A DNA stretch of 64,000 nt from an uncultured Gammaproteobacteria bacterium. GTDB lineage: Bacteria > Patescibacteriota > Microgenomatia > Daviesbacterales > UBA10151. The position numbers were made by a program, and so were the translations under genes. Each line of letters opens with the position of its first letter. Within the stretch, counting starts at the first letter, position 1. Of the stretch, positions 27,027-40,384 are shown one piece after another. The notes under the pieces were generated by a model. That model was not told the origin of the DNA. It was given only the letters and a program-made list of their open reading frames with translations, and made no database searches. Where the stretch lies: the NCBI GenBank assembly GCA_964362195.1, contig CAYICZ010000002.1, forward strand, positions 63 through 64,062, given 5' to 3'.

Positions 27027-27737
27027 TTACACCTCGAAGGTGTAAAGCTAAATCTCATCCACAAGATGATGTTTTATAAATTCTAACGCTTTGCCATAAT
27101 CAATCTGATCTTCCACAAATTCCGTGTATTTTTCTCTGGAAGGGAATAAATTTAGAATCTCAAGGGGATTACAGAATAGACTATGAGTTTGGGTGTATTC
27201 TAAATATGAAGACCAGGGATAGTATTCTGGTTTCTTGGTCAAATCAGAAACAACCGGATTTAGGTGGATATATCTGGAAACATGAATTAATTGTTCTTGT
27301 GACTCAATCAGGACTGCCTTAAAAGCTCCTTGAAGTAAGGGCCCTACCCTTTTGTATTTAATATTAAAATATTTTGTATAACTGTTAGAAAGTTGGCTCA
27401 TGAAAATTGATATTCCATTGTCTTTCAACTGCTTAACTAAGAAATGGAAGTGATTTGGCATTAAACAATAACAAAGTACCTCTACTATTTTGTTATTGAA
27501 CGAAGTTTTAAAAAGATCTGTCTTTGTAAAATTTGCAAATCTTGGTTTAGGTCCAGGGAATTGGTAATAATATGAGGTTTTCAAAAACCTCATATAATCT
27601 CTGGATTGTTGATAGATGCTTCTTTTCTCGCTGCCCCTGTTATAAATATGATAAAACTCGTTGTTTACTAAGGGTGTAATTCTTCCGGGCATATAAATTA
27701 GTTTACGATTACACCTTCGAGGTGTCAAGCTACATTT
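27027..27737 (-). mobile_element. RayT/IS200-like HUH tyrosine transposase unit flanked by cognate hairpin repeats
   Basis: hairpins ttacacctcgaaggtgtaaagctaaat (27027-27054) and ttacaccttcgaggtgtcaagctacat (27707-27737) bracket the transposase ORF in the same orientation. Confidence 0.6.
27048..27692 (-). CDS. REP-associated tyrosine transposase (Y1 HUH, IS200/IS605 TnpA-like)
   Basis: HUH motif CLMPNHFHFLV and C-terminal SRYIHLNPVVSDL...YPWSSY; start moved to the internal MPGRITPL (27692), because the track N-terminal 23 aa are a translated hairpin repeat. Confidence 0.7.
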   Translation of the reverse strand: MPGRITPLVNNEFYHIYNRGSEKRSIYQQSRDYMRFLKTSYYYQFPGPKPRFANFTKTDLFKTSFNNKIVEVLCYCLMPNHFHFLVKQLKDNGISIFMSQLSNSYTKYFNIKYKRVGPLLQGAFKAVLIESQEQLIHVSRYIHLNPVVSDLTKKPEYYPWSSYLEYTQTHSLFCNPLEILNLFPSREKYTEFVEDQIDYGKALEFIKHHLVDEI

Positions 27738-27945
27738 ATATAGGTTTGCCGGCCAGGCCAAAGATTAGCAGATCGTTAACAAAACCGGTTGCCTGAAATG
27801 GCCAGGTAATAATTACTGAGTAAAATCCCGGAGATAAAAAAGAAATAACAGGCCATTTATAATATATAGCAAAGACTATGGTAAAGACAAATCCTACCAT
27901 AAAATAACTAATAGCAATTGTAGAAAGTATGGCAGACTTTTTCAT
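27736..27945 (-). CDS. small hydrophobic protein (2 TM), hypothetical
   Basis: 69 aa, 4-bp overlap with the gyrA stop; could be spurious. Confidence 0.3.
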   Translation of the reverse strand: MKKSAILSTIAISYFMVGFVFTIVFAIYYKWPVISFLSPGFYSVIITWPFQATGFVNDLLIFGLAGKPI

Positions 27946-30503
27946 TTAGTCTTATCCTGATTAACATTATCAGCTGTTTTGTCTTTGCTGGCAACCACTG
28001 TGGCAGCAACAACTTTTTCTCCCGGCCTTACCCGCATTAATATTACACCCTGTGTTTGGCGCTGAAGTGTTGGTACTTCCTTAAGGCTCATCTTAATTAG
28101 CTGTCCTTTGGTGGATGTTAGAACCAAAGTATCCATTGATTTATCAACAACGGAAGCTGTGACAATGTCACCTGTTTTGGCAGTTATTTGGGCAGCTTTC
28201 ACTCCCTGTCCTCCCCTGCCTTGTTTGCTCCAACCGGTTGTCAGGGTTTTTTTGCCTAAACCATTTTCCATAACTACCAAAAGTTCTCCTTCTACTTTTC
28301 CTATAATATTTAAAGAAACAACCTGATCGTCTTTTCCTAAGCGTATTCCTCTGACTCCTGAGGTGTCCCGATGGGTTGGCTTCACCTGCTTTTCGCTAAA
28401 ACGGATCGATTTTCCTTTTTTGGATACTATAATAACTTCATCTTCCCCTGTTGTGGGGGAAACCCAGCCTAAAACATCTCCGGTGTCAAGCTTTATAGCC
28501 ACCAGGCCATTCTTTCTGATATTTGCGTATTCTGTCAAAGCAGTTTTCTTAACAGTTCCGCGCGAGGTACACATAAAGAAGTATTTAGCGCTTTCTCCTT
28601 TACCCCTAGTGGTCAATACTGCAGTTACTTTTTCACCTTGTTCAACATTTATTAAATTGACAATTGCCTGGCCTTTGGCTACTCTTTGGGTTTCCGGAAT
28701 TTCCCAAACCTTTACCTGATAAACTTTACCCTTGTCTGTAAAGAATAAAATATTGTCATGGGTTTGGGTATAAAATATGTGAGAAACCGCATCTGTTTCT
28801 TTTGTAGAGATTCCCATAACTCCTTTTCCACCCCGCTGTTGGGTTCTAAAAGAGGCAGGAGCTTGTCTTTTAACATATCCGCCTTCGGTAATTGTGACAA
28901 TAGTTACCTCATTTGGTACCAAATCTTCTTCATTAAACTCCCCTATTTTTTGTTTATAAACCCTAGTTTTTCTATCATCACCATATCTTTCTTTTATGTT
29001 AATCAGCTCATTTTTAATAACTTTTAAAATTTTCTCAGGATGGGCCAGCAAATCAGTCAAATAAGCAATAGTTTCCTGGACCATTTTCAACTCATCTTCA
29101 ATTTTTTGCCGCTCCAGGGCTGCCAGACGCCTTAGCTGCATATCCAAAATAGACACTGCCTGTATCTCTGATAATTTAAATTTTTTCATCAAATTAATCT
29201 TTGCCTCATCTGAGTCTTTTGATTTTCGAATTGTGGCAATTACCTCATCTATGTTATCAACAGCTATTTTTAATCCTTCTAAAATATGCTCTCTGGCCTT
29301 AGCTTCGCTCAACTCAAACTCAGACCTTCTTCTAATAATTGTCTGACGGTGGGAAATAAACTCCTCTAAAATATGCTTTAGGGTCAAAAGATGTGGCACG
29401 CCATCAACTAAGGCAACCAGATTAACATTAAAAACAGACTGCATAGCGGTTGATTTATAAAGGTTATTTAAAAGGGATTGTGGCTTTGCATCTTTCTTTA
29501 GATCAAACACAATTCTGACCATTTGTTTTCTGTCTGATTCATCTCTTAAGTCTGCAACTCCTTCCAGTTTTTTATCCTTAACCAAATCTGCAATCCTGGC
29601 AATCAGGGTGGATTTATTAACCTGATAAGGCAGCTCAGAAACAATAATCTGCATTTTTCCTGCTGGTGTTTCATCAATTTCTGCTTTGGCTCTCATCACA
29701 ATTCGCCCCTTTCCTGTGGCATAAGCAGCCAGGATTTCTGTCTGGTCGTAAATTGAAGCGCCTGTGGGGAAATCAGGCCCTTTAATAAACCCCAGCAGCT
29801 CTTCCACTGATGCATCTGAGGTAAATTTACCGGTTGAGTCAAACTTAGTCATGGTATCTGAGTGATCAATACCTTCTGTTTTTTCTTCGCTACCCCCTTT
29901 TGAAGGGTTCTCAATCATATAAACTAAAGCGTCGCAAACCTCACCTAGATTATGAGGCGGAATTTGGGTGGCCATGCCAACAGCAATACCTGAGGCGCCA
30001 TTAAGCAGCAGATTAGGTATAACAGATGGAAGCACAGTTGGTTCCTGAATTGTGCCGGAATAATTATCCACAAAATCTACCGTGTTTTTATTAATATCCC
30101 TAAGCAGCTCATCTGCAATTGCAGCCAGTCTGGCTTCTGTATACCTCATGGCTGCAGGAGAATCTCCGTCAATTGAGCCATAGTTTCCCTGACCGTCAAC
30201 TAACATGTATCTTAGGGAAAAATTCTGAGCCATCCTGACCATGGCTTCATAAACAGGGGCATCACCATGAGGGTGTAAATTTTTTAATACCTCACCAACA
30301 ACTGCAGCAGACTTTTGATACCTGGAGGTATGATGCAGGCCTTGCTCGTTCATGGCAAAGACAATCCTCCGTTGGACAGGTTTAAGGCCATCTCTTACAT
30401 CCGGCAAAGCTCTTGAGATAATAACAGACATTGCATAATTCACGTATGAATCCTGCATCTCTTTTATAATTGGGGTTGGTTCTATTTTTCCGATATTACT
30501 CAT
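27942..30503 (-). CDS. gyrA: DNA gyrase subunit A
   Basis: [10 protein letters not shown] active-site Tyr region and a C-terminal beta-pinwheel; 853 aa. Confidence 0.95.
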   Translation of the reverse strand: MSNIGKIEPTPIIKEMQDSYVNYAMSVIISRALPDVRDGLKPVQRRIVFAMNEQGLHHTSRYQKSAAVVGEVLKNLHPHGDAPVYEAMVRMAQNFSLRYMLVDGQGNYGSIDGDSPAAMRYTEARLAAIADELLRDINKNTVDFVDNYSGTIQEPTVLPSVIPNLLLNGASGIAVGMATQIPPHNLGEVCDALVYMIENPSKGGSEEKTEGIDHSDTMTKFDSTGKFTSDASVEELLGFIKGPDFPTGASIYDQTEILAAYATGKGRIVMRAKAEIDETPAGKMQIIVSELPYQVNKSTLIARIADLVKDKKLEGVADLRDESDRKQMVRIVFDLKKDAKPQSLLNNLYKSTAMQSVFNVNLVALVDGVPHLLTLKHILEEFISHRQTIIRRRSEFELSEAKAREHILEGLKIAVDNIDEVIATIRKSKDSDEAKINLMKKFKLSEIQAVSILDMQLRRLAALERQKIEDELKMVQETIAYLTDLLAHPEKILKVIKNELINIKERYGDDRKTRVYKQKIGEFNEEDLVPNEVTIVTITEGGYVKRQAPASFRTQQRGGKGVMGISTKETDAVSHIFYTQTHDNILFFTDKGKVYQVKVWEIPETQRVAKGQAIVNLINVEQGEKVTAVLTTRGKGESAKYFFMCTSRGTVKKTALTEYANIRKNGLVAIKLDTGDVLGWVSPTTGEDEVIIVSKKGKSIRFSEKQVKPTHRDTSGVRGIRLGKDDQVVSLNIIGKVEGELLVVMENGLGKKTLTTGWSKQGRGGQGVKAAQITAKTGDIVTASVVDKSMDTLVLTSTKGQLIKMSLKEVPTLQRQTQGVILMRVRPGEKVVAATVVASKDKTADNVNQDKTK

Positions 30504-30528
30504 TTAGGAAGGTTAAATTATACCTTTT

Positions 30529-31143
30529 TTAGGTTAGCTTAAGCAAGGGGAATTTAGCCTTTCTGGGCCAGTTGCGCCAGGCCTGTTCATTTCTATATAA
30601 AGTGAACTCACTCTTTTTAACCCAATGCAAATTATCCGGGTTAGTAATATGATCCACAAATATTTTGCCGATTAAATGATCAATTTCATGCTGAAAAATT
30701 CTTGCCACATATCCACTATATTTTTTTTCTGTATATCTAGCTTGCAACCTCGGAGGTTGCAGCGTAAATCCTCTAATTTTTATGGAAGTTGGTCTGGAGA
30801 CAATGCCGCAAACTCTTCCTGTTGAGAAACAACCTTCATACCACTCCCCTTTCTTTTTGGATTTCCAGATAATTTCCGGATTTATATAAACGCGAAGATT
30901 TCCGACCTGGCCTTTGCCATTAGCTGCTACATCAACGAGGATTATCCTTTTTAAAATCCCAATCTGCGGCGCGGCCAGTCCTACCATCACAGGTTTATTC
31001 TTATTTTTTTGCTCACCAGACGCAACTTTTAACATAAGATTAATAATCTCCTTAGTTTCTTTTGAAGAAATTTGCTCTTTGGGAATTTTTTTGGAAATTT
31101 TTGTTAAAAGCGGATTATTGGGCTTAAGGAATCTTGTTCGCAT
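30529..31143 (-). CDS. def: peptide deformylase (N-terminal extension; in-frame palindromic insert encoding TLQPPRLQA)
   Basis: Def motifs GLAAPQIG, EGCFS and QHEIDHL; identical 30-nt palindromic element sits in the loop between motifs II and III. Confidence 0.85.
   Translation of the reverse strand: MRTRFLKPNNPLLTKISKKIPKEQISSKETKEIINLMLKVASGEQKNKNKPVMVGLAAPQIGILKRIILVDVAANGKGQVGNLRVYINPEIIWKSKKKGEWYEGCFSTGRVCGIVSRPTSIKIRGFTLQPPRLQARYTEKKYSGYVARIFQHEIDHLIGKIFVDHITNPDNLHWVKKSEFTLYRNEQAWRNWPRKAKFPLLKLT
30738..30767. repeat. REP-like palindromic element tagcttgcaacctcggaggttgcagcgtaa (copy 1, inside def)
   Basis: identical 30-mer also at 40633-40662; 9-10 bp stem. Confidence 0.8.
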
Positions 31144-32026
31144 AAGATAATTTTATTATTTTATCTAACAGTTTTGGAAAAGTTATTCCCACTGCCTGAG
31201 CTGCTTTGGGGAATAAAGAAGAGGCTGTTAATCCGGGAATAGTATTTACTTCCAAGACATACACTTCTCCATTAGACACAATGAAATCTGTTCTGGAAAA
31301 CTGCCCAAGTTTTAAAGTTATGTGAATTTGTTGGGCAATTTGTTGGGCTTTTTTCTGTAACTTCTTTGATACAGATGGAGCAAAAGGAATTTCTTTTGTT
31401 TTACCCCAATATTTATTTTGATAATCAAACCAGCCATCTTTTGGTGGAACTATTTCCACAACAGGCAATGCTTCATTTTCAAGTATTCCTACGGTGATTT
31501 CTACTCCAGGTAAATATTTTTCTACAAAAAGCGGCAATTTGGATTTTAAAAGCTTTTTCAACAAAGGGTTTATGAAATCTTTCTCTTCTTTTATTATTAC
31601 AACTTCCCTTGATGATCCTCCACTAGTACTTTTTAAAACAGCAGGAAGTCCAAAGTTTTTTATGTCCTTTAAACTTTTTACTTTTTTCCAAGGGGCGGTT
31701 AAAATTTTATTTTCATCAGAAAATTTTTTGAAGCTCAGTTTGTACCAGCCCTTTTTATATCCCTTATGATCTCCACCTATAAACGGTTTACCTAAAGTAG
31801 ACAAAAACTTTTGCAAATTACCTCCCTCTCCTTCTTCACCATGGATTACCGGGAAAATAACATCAAAATCATAAGATAACTTTTTTAAAGCAGGAAATCC
31901 TTTTTTTAAATCAAAAAGTTTTACCTGGTGACCTGTTTCTTCCAGTCCACCTTTAACTTGCTTTGCTGACATTTGGGAAATTAATCTTTCAGATGATGTT
32001 CCCCCTGTTATAACTAAAATTTTCAT
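31124..32026 (-). CDS. ddl: D-alanine--D-alanine ligase
   Basis: MKILVITGGTSSERLISQMSAK N-domain and an ATP-grasp C-terminus; adjacent to alr. Confidence 0.8.
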   Translation of the reverse strand: MKILVITGGTSSERLISQMSAKQVKGGLEETGHQVKLFDLKKGFPALKKLSYDFDVIFPVIHGEEGEGGNLQKFLSTLGKPFIGGDHKGYKKGWYKLSFKKFSDENKILTAPWKKVKSLKDIKNFGLPAVLKSTSGGSSREVVIIKEEKDFINPLLKKLLKSKLPLFVEKYLPGVEITVGILENEALPVVEIVPPKDGWFDYQNKYWGKTKEIPFAPSVSKKLQKKAQQIAQQIHITLKLGQFSRTDFIVSNGEVYVLEVNTIPGLTASSLFPKAAQAVGITFPKLLDKIIKLSYANKIP

Positions 32027-33126
32027 ATAATTATCCTTTTTATTGAACTGTCTAAATTTACCAACAGATCATATGTAATAGTTTTACAAATTTTAGCACA
32101 ATTCTGCATAGAATTCGGGTCACTGGGATTATCCGAATAGACTAAAACTTCCATACCAATTTGCGGGTTTTCTAATTTACTTATATCAACAATTGTAATA
32201 TTCATACTAACTCTCCCAATTATTGGACAAATTACCCTATTAATTATTACCATCCCTTTGTTTGATAATCTTCTATCAACTCCGTCATTATAGCCAATTG
32301 GTAAAATGCCTATGTTTAAATCTTTTTTTGTACTAAACGCCCCGTCATAGCCGCTTGTCTCGCCCCTTCTTAAAATTTTGATTTGACCTAAATGAGTAAT
32401 TAATTTTAAAGTGGGTTTTAGATTTTTATCATCACCTAGTCCATATAAAGAAATGCCAGTTCTGGACAAATTAGAGATTTGAGAAATAATTTCATTCGTT
32501 TCCTTATTAATCAAACCTCCTGATGCAGCTATGTGAATCCATCTAGGGCTTATTTTATACTCCTTTACAATTTTTAAAGCTTTTTTAAACTGTTTAATTT
32601 GGAGATTAAACAAAGGATCGTTTTTACCATTTGTTGATGCTAAATGAGACATTAATCCCTTAACTCTAACACCGGATTTCTTTACATCTTCCAAAGTCAC
32701 CCCTTCTCTTCTCATGCCGGTATCCACAAAAATATGTACACCGGCTTGAGGCTGATATTTTGCAATTGCTTCCAGTAAGTCTTTTGTATAAACAGCAAAA
32801 GAAAAAGGCAGTTTCTTTACCTTTAAGTTTTCAGGATTTGTATAACCTGTTATTAATATAGGGATTTTTATTCCGGATTTTTGCAGTTGATAGGCCTCAA
32901 ATAAAGAATCCACACAAAAAAATGGAGGGTTTAAAGGATCAAGGATCTTGGCAACTTCTACTATTCCATGTCCATACCCATTACTTTTTATAACCGGAGC
33001 AATTCTTATACCTTTGTTTAAAGAAGATAAATATTTATAATTGTGAATTAGGTTTGCTTTTGAAACCTCAATTTTATTTAAGGTTTGGTAATCTTTTTTT
33101 AATAATTTTAAAAGTTTGCTCAACAT
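32023..33126 (-). CDS. alr: alanine racemase
   Basis: PLP-lysine motif APVIKSNGYGHG. Confidence 0.85.
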   Translation of the reverse strand: MLSKLLKLLKKDYQTLNKIEVSKANLIHNYKYLSSLNKGIRIAPVIKSNGYGHGIVEVAKILDPLNPPFFCVDSLFEAYQLQKSGIKIPILITGYTNPENLKVKKLPFSFAVYTKDLLEAIAKYQPQAGVHIFVDTGMRREGVTLEDVKKSGVRVKGLMSHLASTNGKNDPLFNLQIKQFKKALKIVKEYKISPRWIHIAASGGLINKETNEIISQISNLSRTGISLYGLGDDKNLKPTLKLITHLGQIKILRRGETSGYDGAFSTKKDLNIGILPIGYNDGVDRRLSNKGMVIINRVICPIIGRVSMNITIVDISKLENPQIGMEVLVYSDNPSDPNSMQNCAKICKTITYDLLVNLDSSIKRIII

Positions 33127-33166
33127 TTAAGAGAAACTAATTATACATTATCCAATATATTGTGGA

Positions 33167-33730
33167 TTGACAAAGAAATCTATCTTGGTTATTGTGTTAA
33201 TTATGCAGATTGGTTTGCTATCCATAATTATTGTTGGGTTTGGAATTTTATCAAGACTTATTCCACATGCTCCAAATATTGTTCCAATTGGAGCTTTGAT
33301 GCTTTTTGGCGGAGCATATTTACCAAAAAAACTTTTATGGTTACCCATCTTGGCACTTTTTATTTCCGACTATTTCATTGGATTTTACGGGATAGATATG
33401 CTTTATGTTTATGGAGGTTTTGGGCTTGCCGGGCTGATTGGACTTTGGTTGCGATCACGAAAGAAACCGCTTTTTGTGATTGGAGGAGCACTATCTTCTT
33501 CCATATTATTTTTTATTATCACCAACTTCGGGGTTTGGGCTCCGCCAAATAACTGGTATCCGCATACTTTGAGCGGTTTAATTCAAAGTTATACTTTGGC
33601 CATCCCATTTTTCAGAAATTCACTTATCGGAGATTTGGGATATACAATCCTGCTTTTTGGCGGGTATGAACTAGTGCAGAATTTTTCTAAGAAATATCTG
33701 TCCCAAAAACTTGTTTCACTGCTGTATTAA
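33167..33730 (+). CDS. hypothetical polytopic membrane protein
   Basis: 187 aa, about 5 TM helices. Confidence 0.4.
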   Translation: MTKKSILVIVLIMQIGLLSIIIVGFGILSRLIPHAPNIVPIGALMLFGGAYLPKKLLWLPILALFISDYFIGFYGIDMLYVYGGFGLAGLIGLWLRSRKKPLFVIGGALSSSILFFIITNFGVWAPPNNWYPHTLSGLIQSYTLAIPFFRNSLIGDLGYTILLFGGYELVQNFSKKYLSQKLVSLLY

Positions 33731-34994
33731 ATTTTCTTCCCCTGTCAAATTCATTTTGGAATAAATTAAACGAAGTAGCTCCCGGAGAAAAAAGGACGAT
33801 GTCTCCTTTTTGTACAATTGCTTTTACATCAGTTAATAACTTTTCTAAATTATTATAAGTGCCTTTTATTTTTTCTTTATTTTGCATTAATCTTTTTATC
33901 TCTTCTGTTGAATCTCCCTCCAGAAAAAAAACTTTTTTTGTATATTCATCAATTACTTTTGCCAGTTCCTTGTAGTCCATTCCTTTGTTCATCCCCCCGC
34001 AAATTAAAATAGAATTAGGGAATGTTTTTATGGCAGCAATTGCAGGATCAGAACCAGTAGCTGTTGTATCATTTATAATTTTTATACCATTCCAATCTTT
34101 TATTAACTCCATCCTAAAAGGAACACCCTTAAAATTATTTATGGTTTGAATAACTGATTTCTCTTCCAATCCAAAGTTTTTTCCAAAAGCCAACGCAGCA
34201 GCCATATTAGACTTATTATGGACACCTTCTAGGGCTGGTTTAAAATCCTCTGGTAAATCCGACTGAGAATAGAAGATAATTTTCCCATTTAAATTTTGCA
34301 AAAAATTAGGACTACTAATTGTCTGGTCGTCTTCATTGATAAAGAGAAAATCATCAGGTGTTTGATAAAGTCCGATTATTTTTTTTGAATAAATATATTC
34401 ATCCATATTTTTATAATAATTTAAATGATCCGGATAAATATTTGTGATCACTGCCCAATGAGGAGAAACTTTATGCTTATTAAAAGCTTCAAGTTGGAAA
34501 GAAGAAATTTCCAAAATAACTAATGTTTCCTCCGTAATATATTCCAGAGTATCTAAAACACTTTTGCCGATATTTCCGGCAAAGACAATTTTCTTAACTG
34601 AATTTTTTAAAACCTCATATATTAAAGATGCAGTAGTTGATTTACCTTTAGTTCCTGTTACTCCAATCATTTGCGAGGGTTTAACAAAGTCCAAAAAAAT
34701 TCCCATATCCTGCTCCACACATTTCCCCCTGGATTTTGCATATTTTATATATTGGTTTCCAGGTTTTACCCCGGGATTTTTAATAATTAAATCTGCCCAG
34801 TCAATGTCCTCATTTTTATGTTTCCCTAAAGTAAAAGTAATATCAGGAAAATCTTTTAATTGATCTAAAGAAGGCTTTAAAATTTCTTTAGATTTTAAAT
34901 CAGTTATTTTAACTTCATCACCTTTTTGGGCAAAAAATTTAGCAGAGCCTACTCCTCCCTCATTTAATCCTAAGCCAAAGATTAATACCTTCAT
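33687..34994 (-). CDS. murD: UDP-N-acetylmuramoylalanine--D-glutamate ligase
   Basis: Mur ligase P-loop GVTGTKGKSTTASL with N-terminal Rossmann-like MKVLIFGLGLNEGG. Confidence 0.85.
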   Translation of the reverse strand: MKVLIFGLGLNEGGVGSAKFFAQKGDEVKITDLKSKEILKPSLDQLKDFPDITFTLGKHKNEDIDWADLIIKNPGVKPGNQYIKYAKSRGKCVEQDMGIFLDFVKPSQMIGVTGTKGKSTTASLIYEVLKNSVKKIVFAGNIGKSVLDTLEYITEETLVILEISSFQLEAFNKHKVSPHWAVITNIYPDHLNYYKNMDEYIYSKKIIGLYQTPDDFLFINEDDQTISSPNFLQNLNGKIIFYSQSDLPEDFKPALEGVHNKSNMAAALAFGKNFGLEEKSVIQTINNFKGVPFRMELIKDWNGIKIINDTTATGSDPAIAAIKTFPNSILICGGMNKGMDYKELAKVIDEYTKKVFFLEGDSTEEIKRLMQNKEKIKGTYNNLEKLLTDVKAIVQKGDIVLFSPGATSFNLFQNEFDRGRKFNTAVKQVFGTDIS

Positions 34995-35017
34995 GGTATG
35001 ATATTATATCTTGTTTT

Positions 35018-35824
35018 ATGCGTAATAATCCAATTGGTATCTTTGACTCTGGAATAGGCGGTTTGACAGTAGTTAAAGAAATTATAAAAACACTCCCTCA
35101 TGAAAGTATCATTTATATTGGGGATACAGCCAGAGTGCCATATGGACCAAGGAGTAAAGAAGTTGTTACTAAGTTTGCCATGGAAATGGTTACTTTCCTG
35201 CTTAGGAGGAAAATTAAAGCTTTGGTTATTGCCTGTAATACAATTTCAGGCTTAAGTTATGATGAGATTAGAGATGCAGTTTATCCTATTATAACTTTGG
35301 GAGTTATTAGACCGGCAGTCAGGCTTGCGATTCAAACCACTAAAAATAAAAAAATCGGGATAATAGGTACAGAAGGGACTATAAAGAGTCAGTCTTATCA
35401 GAAGATGTTTGAATTTTACAACTCTGATGCCCGAATTATATCTTCTGCCTGTCCTTTATTTGTGCCAATGGCCGAAGAAGGTTTGAATAATCACAAAGCG
35501 ACTAAATTGATAGCTCAGGATTATCTGAAGGAGTTTATTAAAAATAAAGTAGATACTCTGATTTTAGGCTGTACTCACTATCCTCTGTTGTATGATGCTA
35601 TTCAAGAGACTGTAGGAAAAGAAATGACATTAATAGATTCTGCTCAGCCAACAGCCCAAATGTTAAAAGAAAGATTAGAAGATGTGAATCTGTTGAGTGA
35701 TAACCCAAATCCCAAACATGAATTTTATGTCACTGATGCACCTGAGCGGGTAAAAAAAGTAGCAGGCAGATTTTTTGGGGAGGAGTTAAATGGGAAATTA
35801 AAAAAAGTTAATCTTGAGGATTAA
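35018..35824 (+). CDS. murI: glutamate racemase
   Basis: IGIFDSGIGGLTVV and the second catalytic Cys motif GCTHYPLL. Confidence 0.9.
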   Translation: MRNNPIGIFDSGIGGLTVVKEIIKTLPHESIIYIGDTARVPYGPRSKEVVTKFAMEMVTFLLRRKIKALVIACNTISGLSYDEIRDAVYPIITLGVIRPAVRLAIQTTKNKKIGIIGTEGTIKSQSYQKMFEFYNSDARIISSACPLFVPMAEEGLNNHKATKLIAQDYLKEFIKNKVDTLILGCTHYPLLYDAIQETVGKEMTLIDSAQPTAQMLKERLEDVNLLSDNPNPKHEFYVTDAPERVKKVAGRFFGEELNGKLKKVNLED

Positions 35825-37112
35825 CTAATCCTCTAGCCATTTTATCTATATCCCCTGCTCCCATGAAAAATAAAATATCTCCTGGCTTTGCATATTGTTC
35901 AAATTCTTGTCTTTTAAGTTCTTTTGCGAAGTAAACGTTATTTTTGCCTATAGCTTTAACTAACTCCTGCGAACTTACTAAACCTATATCAATTTCTCTT
36001 GAGGGGTAAATATCCAAAATAACAATGCCTTCAACAGGCAAATTTTTAAATACTTTTACAAAATCACTAAATAAAGCCTTAGTTCGACTAAACATGTGGG
36101 GTTGATAGAAAAACCAGATTTTTTGATTTGGAAATTTTTCCCTGGCAGCTTCCATGGTTTTTTTAATCTCTGTAGGATGATGGCCAAAATCAGAGTAAAC
36201 TTTGGCCCCATGATACTCTCCTAAATACTCAAATCTTCTGCCAACTCCATTATAGTTATTTAAGCTATTTCTTATAATCTCCGGGTCGATTCCCAGAAGC
36301 AAACCCACTTGAAAAGCTGCTTTGGCATTTGAAATATTATATTCTCCCGGAATTTTAAGATTAAATTCTACCTCTATTTTATTAAAATCTAGCGCGGAAA
36401 CGCTAGAATGTTTCATGACATCTTTTACAATCTCTGCCACGTTTTTATCCAGAAGATTTGCCGCGATAGTTTGCTTACTTTGCAAAAGAAACTTCTCGAA
36501 AGATCCTAAATATGCATTTATGTCTTTAAAATATTCCGGATGATCCATTTCAATATTGGTAACAACAGTTATGTTTGGTTTAAAATGCAAAAAATTATCA
36601 TTAAACTCATCCGCCTCCACTACGAAGTATTTACTCTCTCCGGTTCGGTAATTTGTTTTCCATTTTGGATGGATTGCTCCAAGTAAAACAGTTGGGTCTA
36701 AGTTTGCGTCCTCCAGCATTTGAGCAATCATGGCAGTAGTTGTTGTTTTGCCATGTGTTCCGCAAACAGCAATTACAAATTTATCCTTGGTTAAATACTC
36801 TCCTGTAAACTGCTGCCAGGTTAAAACCGGAATGCCTAATTTTTTTGCCTCTAATAATTCCGGATTATTAGGATCTAGCGATGTAATTGCCGGAGTAATT
36901 GCCAAAATATCAATATTCGAATGGCCACCCCCGGGGTGGACGTTTAAATGTTTTGGGCTGTGACCTTTTAGAAGATGGGAAGATTTAAACTGGGTGGTAA
37001 ATTCGTTATTCGGTTCTAAATCACAACCGGTTATTTCAAATCCCTGAGCTTTTGCTAGTGCAGCCGCAGCTGATGCTCCAGATCCCCCTATTCCCAAAAA
37101 ATGCACTTTCAT
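35808..37112 (-). CDS. murC: UDP-N-acetylmuramate--L-alanine ligase (with in-frame palindrome encoding VHPGGGH)
   Basis: HFLGIGGSGASAAAALA N-terminus and the P-loop GTHGKTTTTAMIAQ. Confidence 0.85.
   Translation of the reverse strand: MKVHFLGIGGSGASAAAALAKAQGFEITGCDLEPNNEFTTQFKSSHLLKGHSPKHLNVHPGGGHSNIDILAITPAITSLDPNNPELLEAKKLGIPVLTWQQFTGEYLTKDKFVIAVCGTHGKTTTTAMIAQMLEDANLDPTVLLGAIHPKWKTNYRTGESKYFVVEADEFNDNFLHFKPNITVVTNIEMDHPEYFKDINAYLGSFEKFLLQSKQTIAANLLDKNVAEIVKDVMKHSSVSALDFNKIEVEFNLKIPGEYNISNAKAAFQVGLLLGIDPEIIRNSLNNYNGVGRRFEYLGEYHGAKVYSDFGHHPTEIKKTMEAAREKFPNQKIWFFYQPHMFSRTKALFSDFVKVFKNLPVEGIVILDIYPSREIDIGLVSSQELVKAIGKNNVYFAKELKRQEFEQYAKPGDILFFMGAGDIDKMARGLVNPQD
36926..36942. repeat. hairpin ccacccccggggtggac (same as 2378-2395), embedded in-frame in murC
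   Basis: 7-bp stem ccacccc/ggggtgg; identical 17-mer in the pepN 3' region. Confidence 0.7.
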
Positions 37113-37120
37113 GGGGTTAA

Positions 37121-40381
<3,261 letters not shown>

Positions 40382-40384
40382 CTA

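Noticed and set aside
27693-27761. Track N-terminus of the transposase ([23 protein letters not shown])
   Set aside because: It is a translation of the flanking hairpin repeat ([12 protein letters not shown] is cacctcgaaggtg read on the minus strand). Start reassigned to 27692.
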